Shown here: one piece after another, positions 48,251 to 59,172 of the stretch
Layout of the letters: every line of letters begins with the position of its first letter
How positions within the stretch are numbered: position 1 is the first letter of the stretch
Assembly: GCA_030740155.1 (NCBI GenBank)
Contig: JASLXV010000069.1
Location: forward strand, 64,001-128,000
DNA length: 64,000 bases
Source of the DNA: Dehalococcoidia bacterium
GTDB taxonomy: Bacteria > Chloroflexota > Dehalococcoidia > Lucifugimonadales > UBA3495
Reading direction: 5' to 3'
Notes under the pieces: generated by a model
The model's database searches: none
What the model was told of the DNA's origin: nothing
The model's input: only the letters and a program-made list of their open reading frames with translations
Translations under genes and position numbers: made by a program

Positions 48251-49144
48251 ATGCGAAACACCATGACCGCGGCGGGCCGCCTGCGGCAGTTGCTTCGGGA
48301 GCCGGGAATCATCATGGCGCCCGGTGCGTATGACTGCCTGACCGCCGCAATCATTCAAAGGGCCGGATTTCCCGCGGTGTACATGACCGGGGCAGGAACC
48401 TCGATCTCCCGGCTGGGTTACCCTGACCTGGCCCTAGCGACGATGACCGAGATGATCGCCAACGCCGCCAGCATCTCCGGGACGGTGGACGTTCCGGTTA
48501 TCGCCGACGCCGACACCGGTTACGGGGGTGTCCTGAACGTGCAACGCACCGTGCGCCAGTACGAGCGCGCCGGCGTGGCGGCCATTCACATTGAGGACCA
48601 GGAGTCCCCCAAGCGCTGCGGGCACCTGGAGGACAAGCGGGTGATTCCTCCCGGGGACATGGTGCAGAAGATCCGCGCCGCCGTTGACGCCCGCACCGAC
48701 CCCGATTTCATCCTCATCGTGCGCACCGACGCCTTGGCCGTGACCGGCTGGGATGACACCATGGGGCGCTGCCGGGACTACATCCAAGCCGGGGCCGATG
48801 TACTCTTCGTGGAGGCCCTGCGGACTCCCGAAGAAGCGGAGCTGGCGGCCCGGACCCTCAGCGTGCCGCTGTTGTACAACTTCGTCGAAACCGGCAAGTC
48901 GCCCCTCCTTCCGGCGGCGGAGTTGGAGCGGCTGGGCTTCAAGCTGGTGATCTATCCGAGCAGCGCCATACTGACGGTGTGCCGGGCGGTGGGAGACCTG
49001 ATGCAGGAGTTGAAGGGGCAGGGCACCACCGCCTCCGCGATGGACCGGATGGTCAGCTTGCAAGAGTGCTTCGACACGGTCAAACATACCGAGATGCTGG
49101 CCCAGGCCGCCGGCTATGCCGATGAGCCCGAGGCAGCGCCCTAG
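48251..49144 (+). CDS. Isocitrate lyase/PEP mutase superfamily lyase (PrpB / dimethylmalate lyase-like)
   Basis: APGAYD, DADTGYG, IHIEDQ, KRCGH catalytic loop, RTDA. Confidence 0.92.
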   Translation: MRNTMTAAGRLRQLLREPGIIMAPGAYDCLTAAIIQRAGFPAVYMTGAGTSISRLGYPDLALATMTEMIANAASISGTVDVPVIADADTGYGGVLNVQRTVRQYERAGVAAIHIEDQESPKRCGHLEDKRVIPPGDMVQKIRAAVDARTDPDFILIVRTDALAVTGWDDTMGRCRDYIQAGADVLFVEALRTPEEAELAARTLSVPLLYNFVETGKSPLLPAAELERLGFKLVIYPSSAILTVCRAVGDLMQELKGQGTTASAMDRMVSLQECFDTVKHTEMLAQAAGYADEPEAAP

Positions 49145-49335
49145 CTCTCGCACCCCGGCTTGCAGACCTCGGCCCGGCCGCGTGGTCTGACCGCTGAGGG
49201 CCGGCTCCTTTCTTTTTTGCCCTTGCGGCGGCGATACAGGACCGCTTGACTGGTAAACGGAATGAGGCTACCGTCAGTTCCGAGGACGACCGGGCAAGAA
49301 GTTGCCTCATTCCGGGTTGAAATAGGGATTCTCGA

Positions 49336-49872
49336 ATGAACTATTTCAAAAAAATGAAAGGGACCGCCAAGAGCCCGCCGAGGGTGAATCTGTCTGAGAT
49401 TATCTGGTCGTGGGTGGGCGCCTTCCTCGGTGTTACCGCAGTGGCGATTATCAACTACAATACCCTTCTGGAGACCGATCTGGTCTTGCTCATCGGCTCT
49501 TTCGGGGCTTCCGCCGCGCTCGTTTATGGCGCCATCGATAGTTCATTGGCCCAGCCAAGGAACCTCATCGGTGGGCACGTCTTTTCCGCCGTGGTCGGAG
49601 TGGCTGCCTATCAATTGCTCCAGGAGCCTCTATGGCTGTCGGCTGCCGTGGCGGTCGCCACTTCTATTGCCGTCATGCATGCCACCAGAACCATGCATCC
49701 TCCCGGTGGCGCCACCGCCCTGATCGCGGTCATCGGAAGCGCCAAGATTCATGAATTGGGCTACCTGTATGCGCTAATGCCGGCCGGAGCCGGGGCCATT
49801 GTCATGCTGGTGGTTGCACTTTTGGTCAACAATATTCCCAAGGGCAGGAAGTACCCTGAGTATTGGTACTGA
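49336..49872 (+). CDS. HPP family membrane protein
   Basis: SFGASAALV, LAQPRNLIGGH, MHPPGGATAL. Confidence 0.92.
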   Translation: MNYFKKMKGTAKSPPRVNLSEIIWSWVGAFLGVTAVAIINYNTLLETDLVLLIGSFGASAALVYGAIDSSLAQPRNLIGGHVFSAVVGVAAYQLLQEPLWLSAAVAVATSIAVMHATRTMHPPGGATALIAVIGSAKIHELGYLYALMPAGAGAIVMLVVALLVNNIPKGRKYPEYWY

Positions 49873-50195
49873 GCTGCCAGAAGCTTCGCTGATTCCGTAG
49901 AGCCTCACCCCAGATTCCTCCGGCCCACCGCTCGGCATAACAACTTCGCAGCATTGGCATTCTCAGAGGACTCCTGTATCCTCCGAAGGCTGACCTCGGC
50001 GGCCGGAATTAGGCAGACCTTTGCAGGCGCGATCCCTTCTTGAGCATAGTGGCCGGCCCACGCCCGTCCGGTGTCCGGAGCCGAAACCTGTTGGTCCCGG
50101 AGCTTGTGCCACTTGGCTGAGGCCGGAATGTCCCGATACAATTGCTCAGGTACGATTGCTGAGTCCGGCGCTCAGTCCGGATTTGGAGGCCAGGG

Positions 50196-51506
50196 TTGGA
50201 GTCGACTCCACAGGAAGAGCGTGAGGTCCCACCGGTCCCCGCAACACCGCCGACGGATACCGGGGAATCTTTCCTGGCCCGGCTGCCGGCAGAAGTGGAG
50301 CGCTGGCGGAGCCGCGGCATCATCACGCCGGAGCAGGGCCGGGGTATAATCGCCAGCTACGAAGCGCCGGGCGTTTCCGCTCCCGGGACCGCGGCCCACG
50401 GCCGGTTGGTGACCATCGTGGCCACCCTCGGTTCGGTGCTACTGGGCCTGGGTGTGATCCTCTTCTTCGCCGCCAACTGGGAGGAGTTCCCCCGGGCCGG
50501 CAAGCTCTCCCTCATCCTGGTGGCCATCATCGCGGCCTACGCCACCGGGTACTGGCTTCGGTACCTGCGGGGCTACCAGCGGGTTGGCACCGCGGTCATC
50601 TTCCTGGCGTGCTTGTTCTACGGGTCCGGCATCCACCTGGTTGCCCAGGTCTATCACGTCGATCTAAACGACCCCAGCCTGTTTCTGTACTGGTTCCTGG
50701 GGGTATTGCCCATGGCGTACCTCATCCGCTCCCAGGTGGTGCTGGCTCTGGCGGTCGGTCTCTTCCTGGGCGCGATGGGCTTCCGCCTGCCGGAATGGCT
50801 GGAGGCCGCTTCCACCGGTGAGGCCGTTGCTATATTTGGGTTGTACCTGGCATTGGGCTTGATGATCTACGGGCTTGGCAAGGTGCAGGGGCTCTTTGGG
50901 CCAACCCGGATATTTGCCGGAGTCTATGAGGCTGTCGGGTTACTCACCACCCTCTGCGCTCTATACCTGCTGACCTTCCGGACCTGGTACGAGAGCCACG
51001 CCTATCAGGATGCCGGGATTTCCCGGGAGCTGGACCCGGAGTTCTGGCTGGTCTTCTTCCTGGCGACGGCGCTGGCCGTGGTTCTGTTGGCCGGTGCGCT
51101 CGTATTCCGCATGAAGCAGAGGGTCCCATTGCTGGAGTTGCCGTACGAGGGCGCCGCCGCCTTCCTGCTGCTGACGGCGGTGTACCTGGTGGTCTACGTG
51201 CCCGTTGGAAACGACGTCGCCTACCCCGTCGCGTTCAATGTGCTTTTGCTATTGGCCACAGTGGGGCTGGTATTTGCTGGATACTACCGGTCCCAGGAGG
51301 CGATCATCAACTTCGCCCTGGGGCTTTTTGCCGTGAACGTAGTGACCCGGTATTTCGAGCTGAGCTGGACGCTGCTGGACCGGTCGGTGGTTTTCATCGT
51401 GGCCGGGGCGCTGTTACTGGGTGTGGGATTCGCCCTGGAACACGGGCGGCGGCGGGTCTTGAGTGGGATGCGCCAGGCCGGAGATGTCCCCGGAGAAATC
51501 CAATGA
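50196..51506 (+). CDS. DUF2157-like polytopic membrane protein
   Basis: VERWRSRGIITPEQ, LLGLGVILFFAANW, IHLVAQVYH. Confidence 0.85.
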   Translation: MESTPQEEREVPPVPATPPTDTGESFLARLPAEVERWRSRGIITPEQGRGIIASYEAPGVSAPGTAAHGRLVTIVATLGSVLLGLGVILFFAANWEEFPRAGKLSLILVAIIAAYATGYWLRYLRGYQRVGTAVIFLACLFYGSGIHLVAQVYHVDLNDPSLFLYWFLGVLPMAYLIRSQVVLALAVGLFLGAMGFRLPEWLEAASTGEAVAIFGLYLALGLMIYGLGKVQGLFGPTRIFAGVYEAVGLLTTLCALYLLTFRTWYESHAYQDAGISRELDPEFWLVFFLATALAVVLLAGALVFRMKQRVPLLELPYEGAAAFLLLTAVYLVVYVPVGNDVAYPVAFNVLLLLATVGLVFAGYYRSQEAIINFALGLFAVNVVTRYFELSWTLLDRSVVFIVAGALLLGVGFALEHGRRRVLSGMRQAGDVPGEIQ

Positions 51507-52072
51507 GCCGCCGATTCAAGGTGGGTTTCTGGATCGTGGTGGCCGGGCAGCTGGCCCTCCTCCTGACGGTGATTGGCGTCAAGGAGCAAACCTACCGCAC
51601 CGGCGACACCGTGGTGTTGCAGGCGATGCCGGTGGACCCCCGGTCGCTGCTTCAAGGCGACTACGTGGAGCTGAACTACGAGATTGCGCTGCTGCCCCAA
51701 TTCCCGTCGGAGCCCCCCATCGGCTCCAAGATGTTCGTATCCCTGGTGGAAAAGGACGATGCATGGGAGGCTATCGGGTACGGCACCAGCAAGCCGGGTG
51801 GAAAAGAGGTGTTCATCAAGGGTATTGTCGGCCCCAACGGGCGGTTGGATTTTGGCATTGGCACTTATTTTGTGCCTGAGGGAACCGGGCGTGTCATCGA
51901 GCGGTCTCAGGACCTCAAGGTCCGGGTGGCCATCAGCGGCGGCGGCGACGCGTTGATCAAAGAGGTGCTGGTCGACGGGCAACCCTTCGACCCTCGGGCC
52001 CCCGATCTCCGAGAGCCGCGCCGGCCCCCGAGAGAATTACCGACCCCCGCGACGCCCCAACAGGCCCCCTAG
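51503..52072 (+). CDS. GDYXXLXY-domain membrane-anchored protein
   Basis: PVDPRSLLQGDYVELNY, GIGTYFVPEG; overlaps the upstream stop (ATGA). Confidence 0.9.
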   Translation: MSRRFKVGFWIVVAGQLALLLTVIGVKEQTYRTGDTVVLQAMPVDPRSLLQGDYVELNYEIALLPQFPSEPPIGSKMFVSLVEKDDAWEAIGYGTSKPGGKEVFIKGIVGPNGRLDFGIGTYFVPEGTGRVIERSQDLKVRVAISGGGDALIKEVLVDGQPFDPRAPDLREPRRPPRELPTPATPQQAP

Positions 52073-52089
52073 CGCTCGCTTGCCAGACG

Positions 52090-52392
52090 CTAGACACCTG
52101 CCTGCCCGGATTCATCGGTGCCGTCGCCCGGCCCGTGGTCTGCCAGGTACCGGATACGGAAGGTTTCCAGCGTCGGGCTTCGGGGCGTGGCAAGAAAGCT
52201 GGAATTCGCCAGTTCCGGATCAACGATCCGCTCCAGCATTTCCAGCTCTGCGGCCACCAGCTCCTCGCACTGGGGTAGGTGCTCACTGGTGTGGGCCCCG
52301 AGTGACCAGAGGGAGATCAACGACTGGCGGACTACCAAGTCCAGCTTGTATTTCGCTGCCTGGGTGCCGACGCGCCGCAGGGAACCCGCCAC
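52090..52392 (-). CDS. Possible hypothetical protein or gene remnant
   Basis: 100-aa ORF with a helical-looking core in an otherwise unassigned gap; no recognisable motif. Confidence 0.3.
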   Translation of the reverse strand: MAGSLRRVGTQAAKYKLDLVVRQSLISLWSLGAHTSEHLPQCEELVAAELEMLERIVDPELANSSFLATPRSPTLETFRIRYLADHGPGDGTDESGQAGV

Positions 52393-52709
52393 TTGCCGGG
52401 TCGAGCCTGCCAGGCCCCGCCGGGATGTCTCTTAGCTCAGATAAGCCAGGCCCTAGAGCAACTTTGGCGGTTGGCAACTACTACATCTAGCCAGGAGCCC
52501 TCGATAACATCTTCAGCTGAGGCAGCGTAGCTTCTTCGGTAACAGTTTCTATTGAGGCAATACGGCTCAGGGCCCGTGATGGCTCCCGGCGCTCCGCAAC
52601 GAGCCCCTTGAATGCCGGGTCCCACCGGGTTTAGAGTATCGGTAATGAACACGGTAAAGCTGGCCGCCTGGCGCGCGGCGAGGGAAACACCATCATCCGA
52701 GCCAAAACG

Positions 52710-52748
52710 CCCCCCTCGCCCTCCGGGAGAGGGGCCGGGGGTGAGGGC
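52710..52748. repeat. REP-like family B, short copy
   Basis: CCCCTCGCCCTCCGGGAGAGGGGCCGGGGGTGAGGGC. Confidence 0.65.
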
Positions 52749-52785
52749 GCGCCTTGGCGATTCTGCATAATCGGAAAGGAGACCC

Positions 52786-53307
52786 ATGTCCAACGTGGTA
52801 TTGGTGGTGGATATGGTCAGGGGATTCCTGGAGCCGGGGCACAACCTTTACTGCGGCGACGACGCCCGGGAGATAATCCCCAACGTCCGGGAGCTTTTGG
52901 AGCGGGAGCGGCAGGTCGGCTCCGCCGTCCTCTTCATCTCGGACCATCACGATCCGGACGACCTGGAGTTCCAGATGTTCCCGGTCCACTGCGTGAAGGG
53001 CACCGAAGAGCCCGACGTGGTCCCCGAGTTGGCCGGGTTCCTCACCGGCTCCAACGTGGTGCCGAAGAACCGGTACAGCGGCTTCTACAACACCGACCTG
53101 GCCGAGCGGCTGGAGCGGCTGAAGCCGGACAAGCTAGTGATCTGCGGCGTCTGCACCGATATCTGCGTCCTGCACACCACCGCCGACGCCCGCAACCGGG
53201 ACTATCCGGTGGAGGTGCCCGCCGATTGTGTCGCCAGCTTTGACCCCGGCGCACACGCCTGGGCCCTGGGCCACCTGGAGAAGATTCTGGGCGCGAAAAT
53301 CGTGTAG
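52786..53307 (+). CDS. Isochorismatase-family cysteine hydrolase (nicotinamidase-like)
   Basis: VVDMVRGF, SDHH, PVHCVKGT, KNRYSGF, GVCTDICV. Confidence 0.92.
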   Translation: MSNVVLVVDMVRGFLEPGHNLYCGDDAREIIPNVRELLERERQVGSAVLFISDHHDPDDLEFQMFPVHCVKGTEEPDVVPELAGFLTGSNVVPKNRYSGFYNTDLAERLERLKPDKLVICGVCTDICVLHTTADARNRDYPVEVPADCVASFDPGAHAWALGHLEKILGAKIV

Positions 53308-53385
53308 GGGAGGGTTTCGTACCCGCCCCCTGGGTGGCACAAACACCGCCCTTAGAAAACAGGGCAGGCTCCTACCCGCCCCTAC

Positions 53386-54201
53386 CTACAATGGCTGCCA
53401 GATGCGCCGTCCCTCCACCCGGACCAGCGTTCCGAACGAGGGAGACGGGAAGTGGCCGGCGGCCACCGTCAATCCCTCCCGTTCGATCCGGTCGAAGACC
53501 GTGTGGCGGGTGGCCCGGGACTGGTCCTGAACAATGTCGAAGCCGGGATTCCAGTCGGTCTCGTGGGCCTGGGCCGGGGTATGGGCCACGTCGCCCAGGA
53601 TGACGCCCTTTTCCCCGGCGGAGTTGATCAGGATACTGACGTGCCCCGGCGTGTGGCCGGGCGTCGACCAGACTCGCAGCTCCGAGGTGATGTCTGCCTC
53701 CGGCTCGATGTAGTCCACCAGGCCCAGTTCCACCAGCGGCAACACCTGCTCCTTGATATAGGGGAATTGCTCCAGGCTCGCCTCGCTGGTGAAAAAGTCG
53801 AAGTCAGCCTTGGGGCACAGGTAGCGGGCGTTGGGAAAAGTCGGCCTGGATTTGCCCCCTTCGGTGATCATGTTCCAGCCCACGTGGTCGGGATGCAGGT
53901 GGGTGAAGGTGACCGTCGTGACATCCTCGACGCTAATTCCACTGGCCTTCATGGCGTTAAAAAGGTTGCCGTCCAGGCCGGGGCCGTATCCCGTGTCCAC
54001 CATGATGGTGCGCCCCGAGGAGCGGACCACGAAACACCCCATGTTCGGGTGCCAGTTTCCGTCATCTCCCAGATACTGCTTGTTGGCGGCCCATGCTTCG
54101 GCGGACACCTCGGGCCAGGCGTTGGCTGGCGGGAAGTTCCCCACGGCATCGGAAAAGGACAAGATCTCGACGTTGCCGATGCGAATAGAATTCTTGGCCA
54201 T
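53386..54201 (-). CDS. Metallo-beta-lactamase-fold hydrolase
   Basis: VDTG, THLHPDHVG, TPGHTPGH, GDVAH, GHF. Confidence 0.93.
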   Translation of the reverse strand: MAKNSIRIGNVEILSFSDAVGNFPPANAWPEVSAEAWAANKQYLGDDGNWHPNMGCFVVRSSGRTIMVDTGYGPGLDGNLFNAMKASGISVEDVTTVTFTHLHPDHVGWNMITEGGKSRPTFPNARYLCPKADFDFFTSEASLEQFPYIKEQVLPLVELGLVDYIEPEADITSELRVWSTPGHTPGHVSILINSAGEKGVILGDVAHTPAQAHETDWNPGFDIVQDQSRATRHTVFDRIEREGLTVAAGHFPSPSFGTLVRVEGRRIWQPL

Positions 54202-54517
54202 GGCTTACCCCCTTCTCGAGATATGGCGGCGTGGTCTCCGGGGAGTCCTGCTCTTGCAGCGGCGCGGCGCCGGCGGAAGAGCGCCAGCCTCCAGCCGGTG
54301 TCCAATGATTCTCATACTTTATGGCGCCGTTGGCAAGGGGGAGCGGAGAAGTCCGACGATGTCATGCTCGACCCGCTTCCGAATCCGCGATCCAATAACG
54401 GCTCATTAAACCGCGCCTTCCTCCGGCCTTGACTAGGCCGGCATCCTTGATGTAGCTCAAGGCAAACCTGTATCATGAGATAAATCTCCATTACGACGGA
54501 CAATTGGGCGAGGCGAC

Positions 54518-56548
54518 ATGCTGTATCGCACCTATCGTTACTCTCGGTGGGACGGCACTCAAAGAATATTCGACATCGACGCCGACGAGTTGATGGAGCT
54601 TCTCGGGGACGATGTGCTGCAAGAGGGCGACATGACCCGGGCCCTTCGGGAGATGTTCCGCCGGGGGTTCCAGACCCGGGACGGCCAGCGGTTGACCGGC
54701 CTTCGGGACCTGATGGAGCAGCTGAAAAACCGGCGCCGCCAGCAGCTGGAACAGTACAACATGGACTCGGTGGCGGACGACATCAAGGAGCGGCTGGATG
54801 ACATCATTCAGACCGAGCGAGAGGGCATCGACCGGCGTCTGGAGGAGGCCCGCGGTCAGGTAAACGAATCGGAAGAAGCCGAACGCGCCCAGCGGGAGGA
54901 CCTCTACAAGCTTCTGGAGCAAAGGGTGGAGCGAAACCGGGAGCGGCTGGACAACCTGCCCGAGGGAGTCGGCGGCCGGATCAAAGAGCTGATGGAATAC
55001 GACTTCGTGGCACCGGAGGCTCAGCAGAAATTCCAGGAACTGTTGGATATGCTGAAGAGCCAGATGGCCCAGAACATCTCTGAGCAGATGATGCAGCAGA
55101 TCCAGGGTATGTCTCCCGATGAGATGGCGGCCATGCGGGAGATGATTGGCGAACTCAGCCAGATGATGCGGGACAAGATGCAGGGGCGGGAGCCCAACTT
55201 CGAGGAGTTCATGGAGCGGTTCGGCTCCATGTTCGGCCCCGACGCTCCCCAGAGCTTCGACGACTTGATGGAGCGGCTTCAGCAGCAGATGTCCCAGATG
55301 CAATCCATGCTGGATAGCATGTCCTCCGAGGCGCGCCGGGAGTTGGAGGAGGCCCTGGGCTCGGCCCTGGACCCACAGACCCAGGGCGCCATGGCCGATT
55401 TCGCCTCCCTGATGGAGCAGCTAATGCCCATGGACGAGATGCGCCGCCAGTACCCTTTCCTGGGCGACGACAGCCTTACCATGGAGCGGGCCATGGAACT
55501 GATGCGCCATCTTCAGGAGCAGGACCGCCTGGAAGACTCCCTTCGGGAGGCGATGCGCACCGGTAACCTGGAGGACGTGGACCCGGAGAAGTTGGCCGAG
55601 CTGTTGGGAGAGAAGGCCCGCCGGGCTTGGGAGGAGATGGACCGGCTGCGCAAGCTCCTGCAGGAGGCGGGCTACGTCACCGCCGACGACAAGATGGACC
55701 TGACCGCCCGGGGCATCCGCCGCATCGGCCAGAAGGCGCTGCGGGAGGTCTTCGCCCACCTGAAAAAGGACCGGATGGGGCATCACCTGACCGATATCCG
55801 GGGCGCCAACGGGGACCTCTTGGCCGACACCAAGCGGTATGAGTTTGGCGATCCCTTCCAGGTCGACCTGCAGGCTACGCTCAAGAACGCGGTCCTACGG
55901 GCCGGGCCCCAGGTGCCGGTCTCGCTGACCCCCGATGACTTCGAGATTTATCGGACCGAGCACATGACGAAGACGGCCACCGCCGTCTTGCTGGACCAGA
56001 GCCGGTCCATGGGGCTCTACGGCAACTTTCAGGCCGCCAAGAAGGTTACCCTGGCCCTCCTGGCTTTGATCCGCACCCAGTACCCCCGTGACACCCTTTA
56101 TATCGTCGGATTTTCCGACTACGCCAGAGAGATCAAGGAGGAAGACCTGGCCAAGATAAGCTGGAACTCCTGGGTCTCGGGCACCAACCTGCACCACGCG
56201 CTGATGCTGTCGCGGAAGCTGCTGTCCAAGGAGAAGGGCGGGTCTCGCCAGATACTTCTGATCACCGACGGTGAACCGACCACTCATCTGGAAGGGGACC
56301 AAGCGTATTTCAGCTACCCGCCCAGCTACCGCACCGAGCAGGAGACTTTGAAGGAAGTCAAACGGTGCACCCAAGAAGACATCGTGATCAACACCTTCAT
56401 GCTGGAAAACTCCTATCTGTTGGTGAACTTCGTCGACCGGATGACCCGGATCAACCGGGGCCGGGTCTTCTACAGCAGCGCCGACAACCTGGGGGAGTAC
56501 GTCCTGGTGGACTACGTGAACCAGCGTAGGAAGCGGGTCACGTCGTAA
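54518..56548 (+). CDS. VWA-domain protein with long helical N-terminus
   Basis: YRYSRWDGTQ N-terminus, MIDAS DQSRSM, GTNLHHAL, LITDGEPT. Confidence 0.9.
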   Translation: MLYRTYRYSRWDGTQRIFDIDADELMELLGDDVLQEGDMTRALREMFRRGFQTRDGQRLTGLRDLMEQLKNRRRQQLEQYNMDSVADDIKERLDDIIQTEREGIDRRLEEARGQVNESEEAERAQREDLYKLLEQRVERNRERLDNLPEGVGGRIKELMEYDFVAPEAQQKFQELLDMLKSQMAQNISEQMMQQIQGMSPDEMAAMREMIGELSQMMRDKMQGREPNFEEFMERFGSMFGPDAPQSFDDLMERLQQQMSQMQSMLDSMSSEARRELEEALGSALDPQTQGAMADFASLMEQLMPMDEMRRQYPFLGDDSLTMERAMELMRHLQEQDRLEDSLREAMRTGNLEDVDPEKLAELLGEKARRAWEEMDRLRKLLQEAGYVTADDKMDLTARGIRRIGQKALREVFAHLKKDRMGHHLTDIRGANGDLLADTKRYEFGDPFQVDLQATLKNAVLRAGPQVPVSLTPDDFEIYRTEHMTKTATAVLLDQSRSMGLYGNFQAAKKVTLALLALIRTQYPRDTLYIVGFSDYAREIKEEDLAKISWNSWVSGTNLHHALMLSRKLLSKEKGGSRQILLITDGEPTTHLEGDQAYFSYPPSYRTEQETLKEVKRCTQEDIVINTFMLENSYLLVNFVDRMTRINRGRVFYSSADNLGEYVLVDYVNQRRKRVTS

Positions 56549-56571
56549 TCGTGCCTTCCGGGTAAGACGTC

Positions 56572-56639
56572 GCCCTCACCCAGCCCAGGCTGCGCCAGGG
56601 CATCCCTCTCCCAATGGGAGAGGGAACGAGGGTGAGGGC
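56572..56639. repeat. REP-like family B, full copy
   Basis: GCCCTCACCCAGCCCAGGCTGCGCCAGGGCATCCCTCTCCCAATGGGAGAGGGAACGAGGGTGAGGGC. Confidence 0.85.
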
Positions 56640-56748
56640 CCCGCAAGAGGTCTGGATGACCCTTCCGCGACCCGAGAAACTCTGGTAAGATACCGGGGAC
56701 CAGAATACAACACGGGGGCCATATGGCTGTCCGGGGACGGGCGGCCTG

Positions 56749-56781
56749 GCTTTTAAGGCAGTCCAGTGAGGCTGGCAAAGC
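56749..56781 (+). promoter_or_regulatory. PyrR-binding RNA element
   Basis: GCTTTTAAGGC-AGTCCAGTGAGGCT-GGCAAAGC fits the CUUUAA / AGUCCNGNGAGGCU consensus; upstream of pyrR. Confidence 0.9.
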
Positions 56782-56832
56782 TTAGCGCCCAACCGGCGGC
56801 GGGCCGACCTTCGCGGAGGGTCCTGGCCCATG

Positions 56833-56865
56833 ACTCCTTGCCAGCACGTGGCAGGGAGTTTTTTT
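56833..56865 (+). terminator. Attenuator terminator of the pyr leader
   Basis: ACTCCTTGCCA-GCACG-TGGCAGGGAGT followed by a T run. Confidence 0.88.
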
Positions 56866-56958
56866 GTGCGGGCGAGGCCACGCCCAACACTCTCCGAACT
56901 CCTTGATCCGCTCAAGGTGACGGGCCGGAAAATAGCACTGCGGACCGGCGGGGGATGA

Positions 56959-57510
56959 ATGGCTGAACGGCAGATAATGAACCAAGAGGATATTCGCCGC
57001 GCCCTGGCCCGGGTAGCCCACCAGATACTGGAGCGCAACCGGGGCACCGAAGAGTTGGTCATTGTGGGCATCTACACCAGGGGGGTCCTGCTGGCCCACC
57101 GGCTGGCGGGAAACCTGGCGGAGTTCGAGGGGAACCAGGTGCCGGTGGCGGCGCTGGACATTAATCTGTACCGCGACGACATCCAGGACCGGCCGCCCAC
57201 CGTGGTACGTCCAACCAACATGCCGGTGAGCATCCACCAGAGAAATGTGGTGCTAGTCGATGACGTTCTCTACACCGGGCGCACCATCCGGGCGGCAATG
57301 GACGCATTGAACGACTTCGGCAGACCCAAGGAGGTCCAGTTGGCCATTCTGTTGGACCGGGGTCACCGGGAGTTGCCCATCCGGTCCGACTACATCGGCA
57401 AACACATCCCCACCGCCCAGGACGAGCGGGTCAAGGTCCGCCTGGTGGAGACCGATGGGGTTGACGAGGTGGCGATAATTCACGCCGACCCTTCAACGGG
57501 CCCAAGGTGA
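56959..57510 (+). CDS. pyrR: Pyrimidine operon regulator / uracil phosphoribosyltransferase PyrR
   Basis: [43 protein letters not shown]. Confidence 0.97.
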   Translation: MAERQIMNQEDIRRALARVAHQILERNRGTEELVIVGIYTRGVLLAHRLAGNLAEFEGNQVPVAALDINLYRDDIQDRPPTVVRPTNMPVSIHQRNVVLVDDVLYTGRTIRAAMDALNDFGRPKEVQLAILLDRGHRELPIRSDYIGKHIPTAQDERVKVRLVETDGVDEVAIIHADPSTGPR

Positions 57511-57603
57511 ACCCAAGGGAGTACCCGCGCTGGGCAGGCTCGGCATCTATTCAGGAATAACCCGGACCGGCTCGTTGAGCCAACGTAGGGAGGACCAAGG
57601 GAT

Positions 57604-58623
57604 ATGAGTCTCTCGCATCCGACCGAGACTGCGTCGCTGGCCGCGACGGTGAACGCGGTGGATTTGCCGCCCCGGAAGCACGTCCTGGACCTGGACGATT
57701 TCTCGCCGGGGGAAATCGCGGCGGTGTTGGAGTCCACGCGGGGCATGGCGGAGATCCTGCATCGTGACATCAAGAAGGTCCCGGCCCTGAGAGGCCGGCT
57801 CGTCGTTACCCTCTTCTACGAGTCCAGCACCCGCACCCGCATCTCTTTCGAAGAAGCCGGTAAAGTGCTCAGCGCCGACGTCATCAACATGTCAGCCTCG
57901 GGCAGCAGCGTCGACAAAGGTGAGTCCCTGCTCAATACCGGATTGACCCTGCAGGCCATGGGAGTTGACATAATCGTGACGCGGCACCCCCATTCCGGCG
58001 CGCCCCACCTGCTGACCCGGCACCTGGAGCGCGTTGGGATCATCAACGCCGGAGACGGGATTCACGCCCACCCAACCCAGGCGCTATTGGACCTGTATAC
58101 CGTGCAAGAAATGCTGGGACGGCTCAAGGGGTTGAAGGTCGTGATCGTGGGAGATGTCCTGCACAGCAGGGTAGCCCGGTCCAACATCTGGGGCTTCGCC
58201 AAGATGGGCGCCCGGGTGGTCCTCTGCGGGCCGCCCACCCTGCTCCCGGTGGACTTGCTGCGCCGCGGAGAACAGAACGGGGAACACCACCCGGCTTTGG
58301 ACTCGGTGGAAGTGGATACAGACCTCGACCGGGCGATCCGGGATGCCGACGTGGTAATGGCCCTCCGGCTACAGGCGGAGCGGCAGGGGGGAGGCTTTCT
58401 GCCCAGCTTGCGGGAATACGTCCGGCGTTGGCAGGTAACCGAGGAACGGCTGGCCCTGGCCAAGCCCGAGGCCCTGGTAATGCACCCTGGCCCCATGAAC
58501 GAGGGGATCGAGATCAGCTCCAGCATCGCCCATGGCGGCAGATCGGTCATCGAGAAGCAGGTGGCCAACGGTGTGGCGGTCCGCATGGCCCTGCTGCATC
58601 AGCTCTCCGCCGGCCGAAGGTGA
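57604..58623 (+). CDS. pyrB: Aspartate carbamoyltransferase catalytic subunit
   Basis: FYESSTRTR, KGESL, NAGDG..HPTQALLD, GDVLHSRVARS, LRLQ, MHPGP. Confidence 0.97.
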   Translation: MSLSHPTETASLAATVNAVDLPPRKHVLDLDDFSPGEIAAVLESTRGMAEILHRDIKKVPALRGRLVVTLFYESSTRTRISFEEAGKVLSADVINMSASGSSVDKGESLLNTGLTLQAMGVDIIVTRHPHSGAPHLLTRHLERVGIINAGDGIHAHPTQALLDLYTVQEMLGRLKGLKVVIVGDVLHSRVARSNIWGFAKMGARVVLCGPPTLLPVDLLRRGEQNGEHHPALDSVEVDTDLDRAIRDADVVMALRLQAERQGGGFLPSLREYVRRWQVTEERLALAKPEALVMHPGPMNEGIEISSSIAHGGRSVIEKQVANGVAVRMALLHQLSAGRR

Positions 58624-58869
58624 GCCCGAGCTAGAAAGTCCCTCTGCGCCCCGTTTGGGCTTCGCTACAGAAACGTCATTCCGAAGGGCGATGCCGCAAG
58701 GAACCTGGTACGGTGTTCTTCCGTCGCGGCCCGGCCCCACCACCCCAGGCCCCCCACTTCACGCGAGGCGACATAATCCCAGTTACTTTTGAGGCAAGGC
58801 TTTATTGGGGAGTGCTGCTGCTTCTGGGCCACGATGCGAGCGCAGGTCAGGGGCCAGGAGGCCGCCAGG

Positions 58870-59172
58870 CTATCGTCCGGCCAACCCGTCCTCGTGCCGC
58901 CTTTTCCCATAGGGACGAAAGTCGGACATCGAGGGAGGAACCGGCCGTCGCGACGAAGTAAGCGTGGTAACTAGCAAGTGGATAGCGCCGGCAAGCACGA
59001 TCCCCACAACTAATCCCAACGGGATGATGATGATGCTCACCGCGGCGCCATAGAAAAGCACGCCCACGTCGATTATGGATCCCGGGACAGTGCGGTCCAA
59101 ATGCATGATGTAGAAGATAGCTGTCGGGGAGATTGCCCCGAGGAGCCCCATGCCTACGTACAGCCACTTCAT
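58870..59172 (-). CDS. Small hypothetical membrane protein
   Basis: Two strongly hydrophobic segments; ATG start. Confidence 0.5.
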   Translation of the reverse strand: MKWLYVGMGLLGAISPTAIFYIMHLDRTVPGSIIDVGVLFYGAAVSIIIIPLGLVVGIVLAGAIHLLVTTLTSSRRPVPPSMSDFRPYGKRRHEDGLAGR

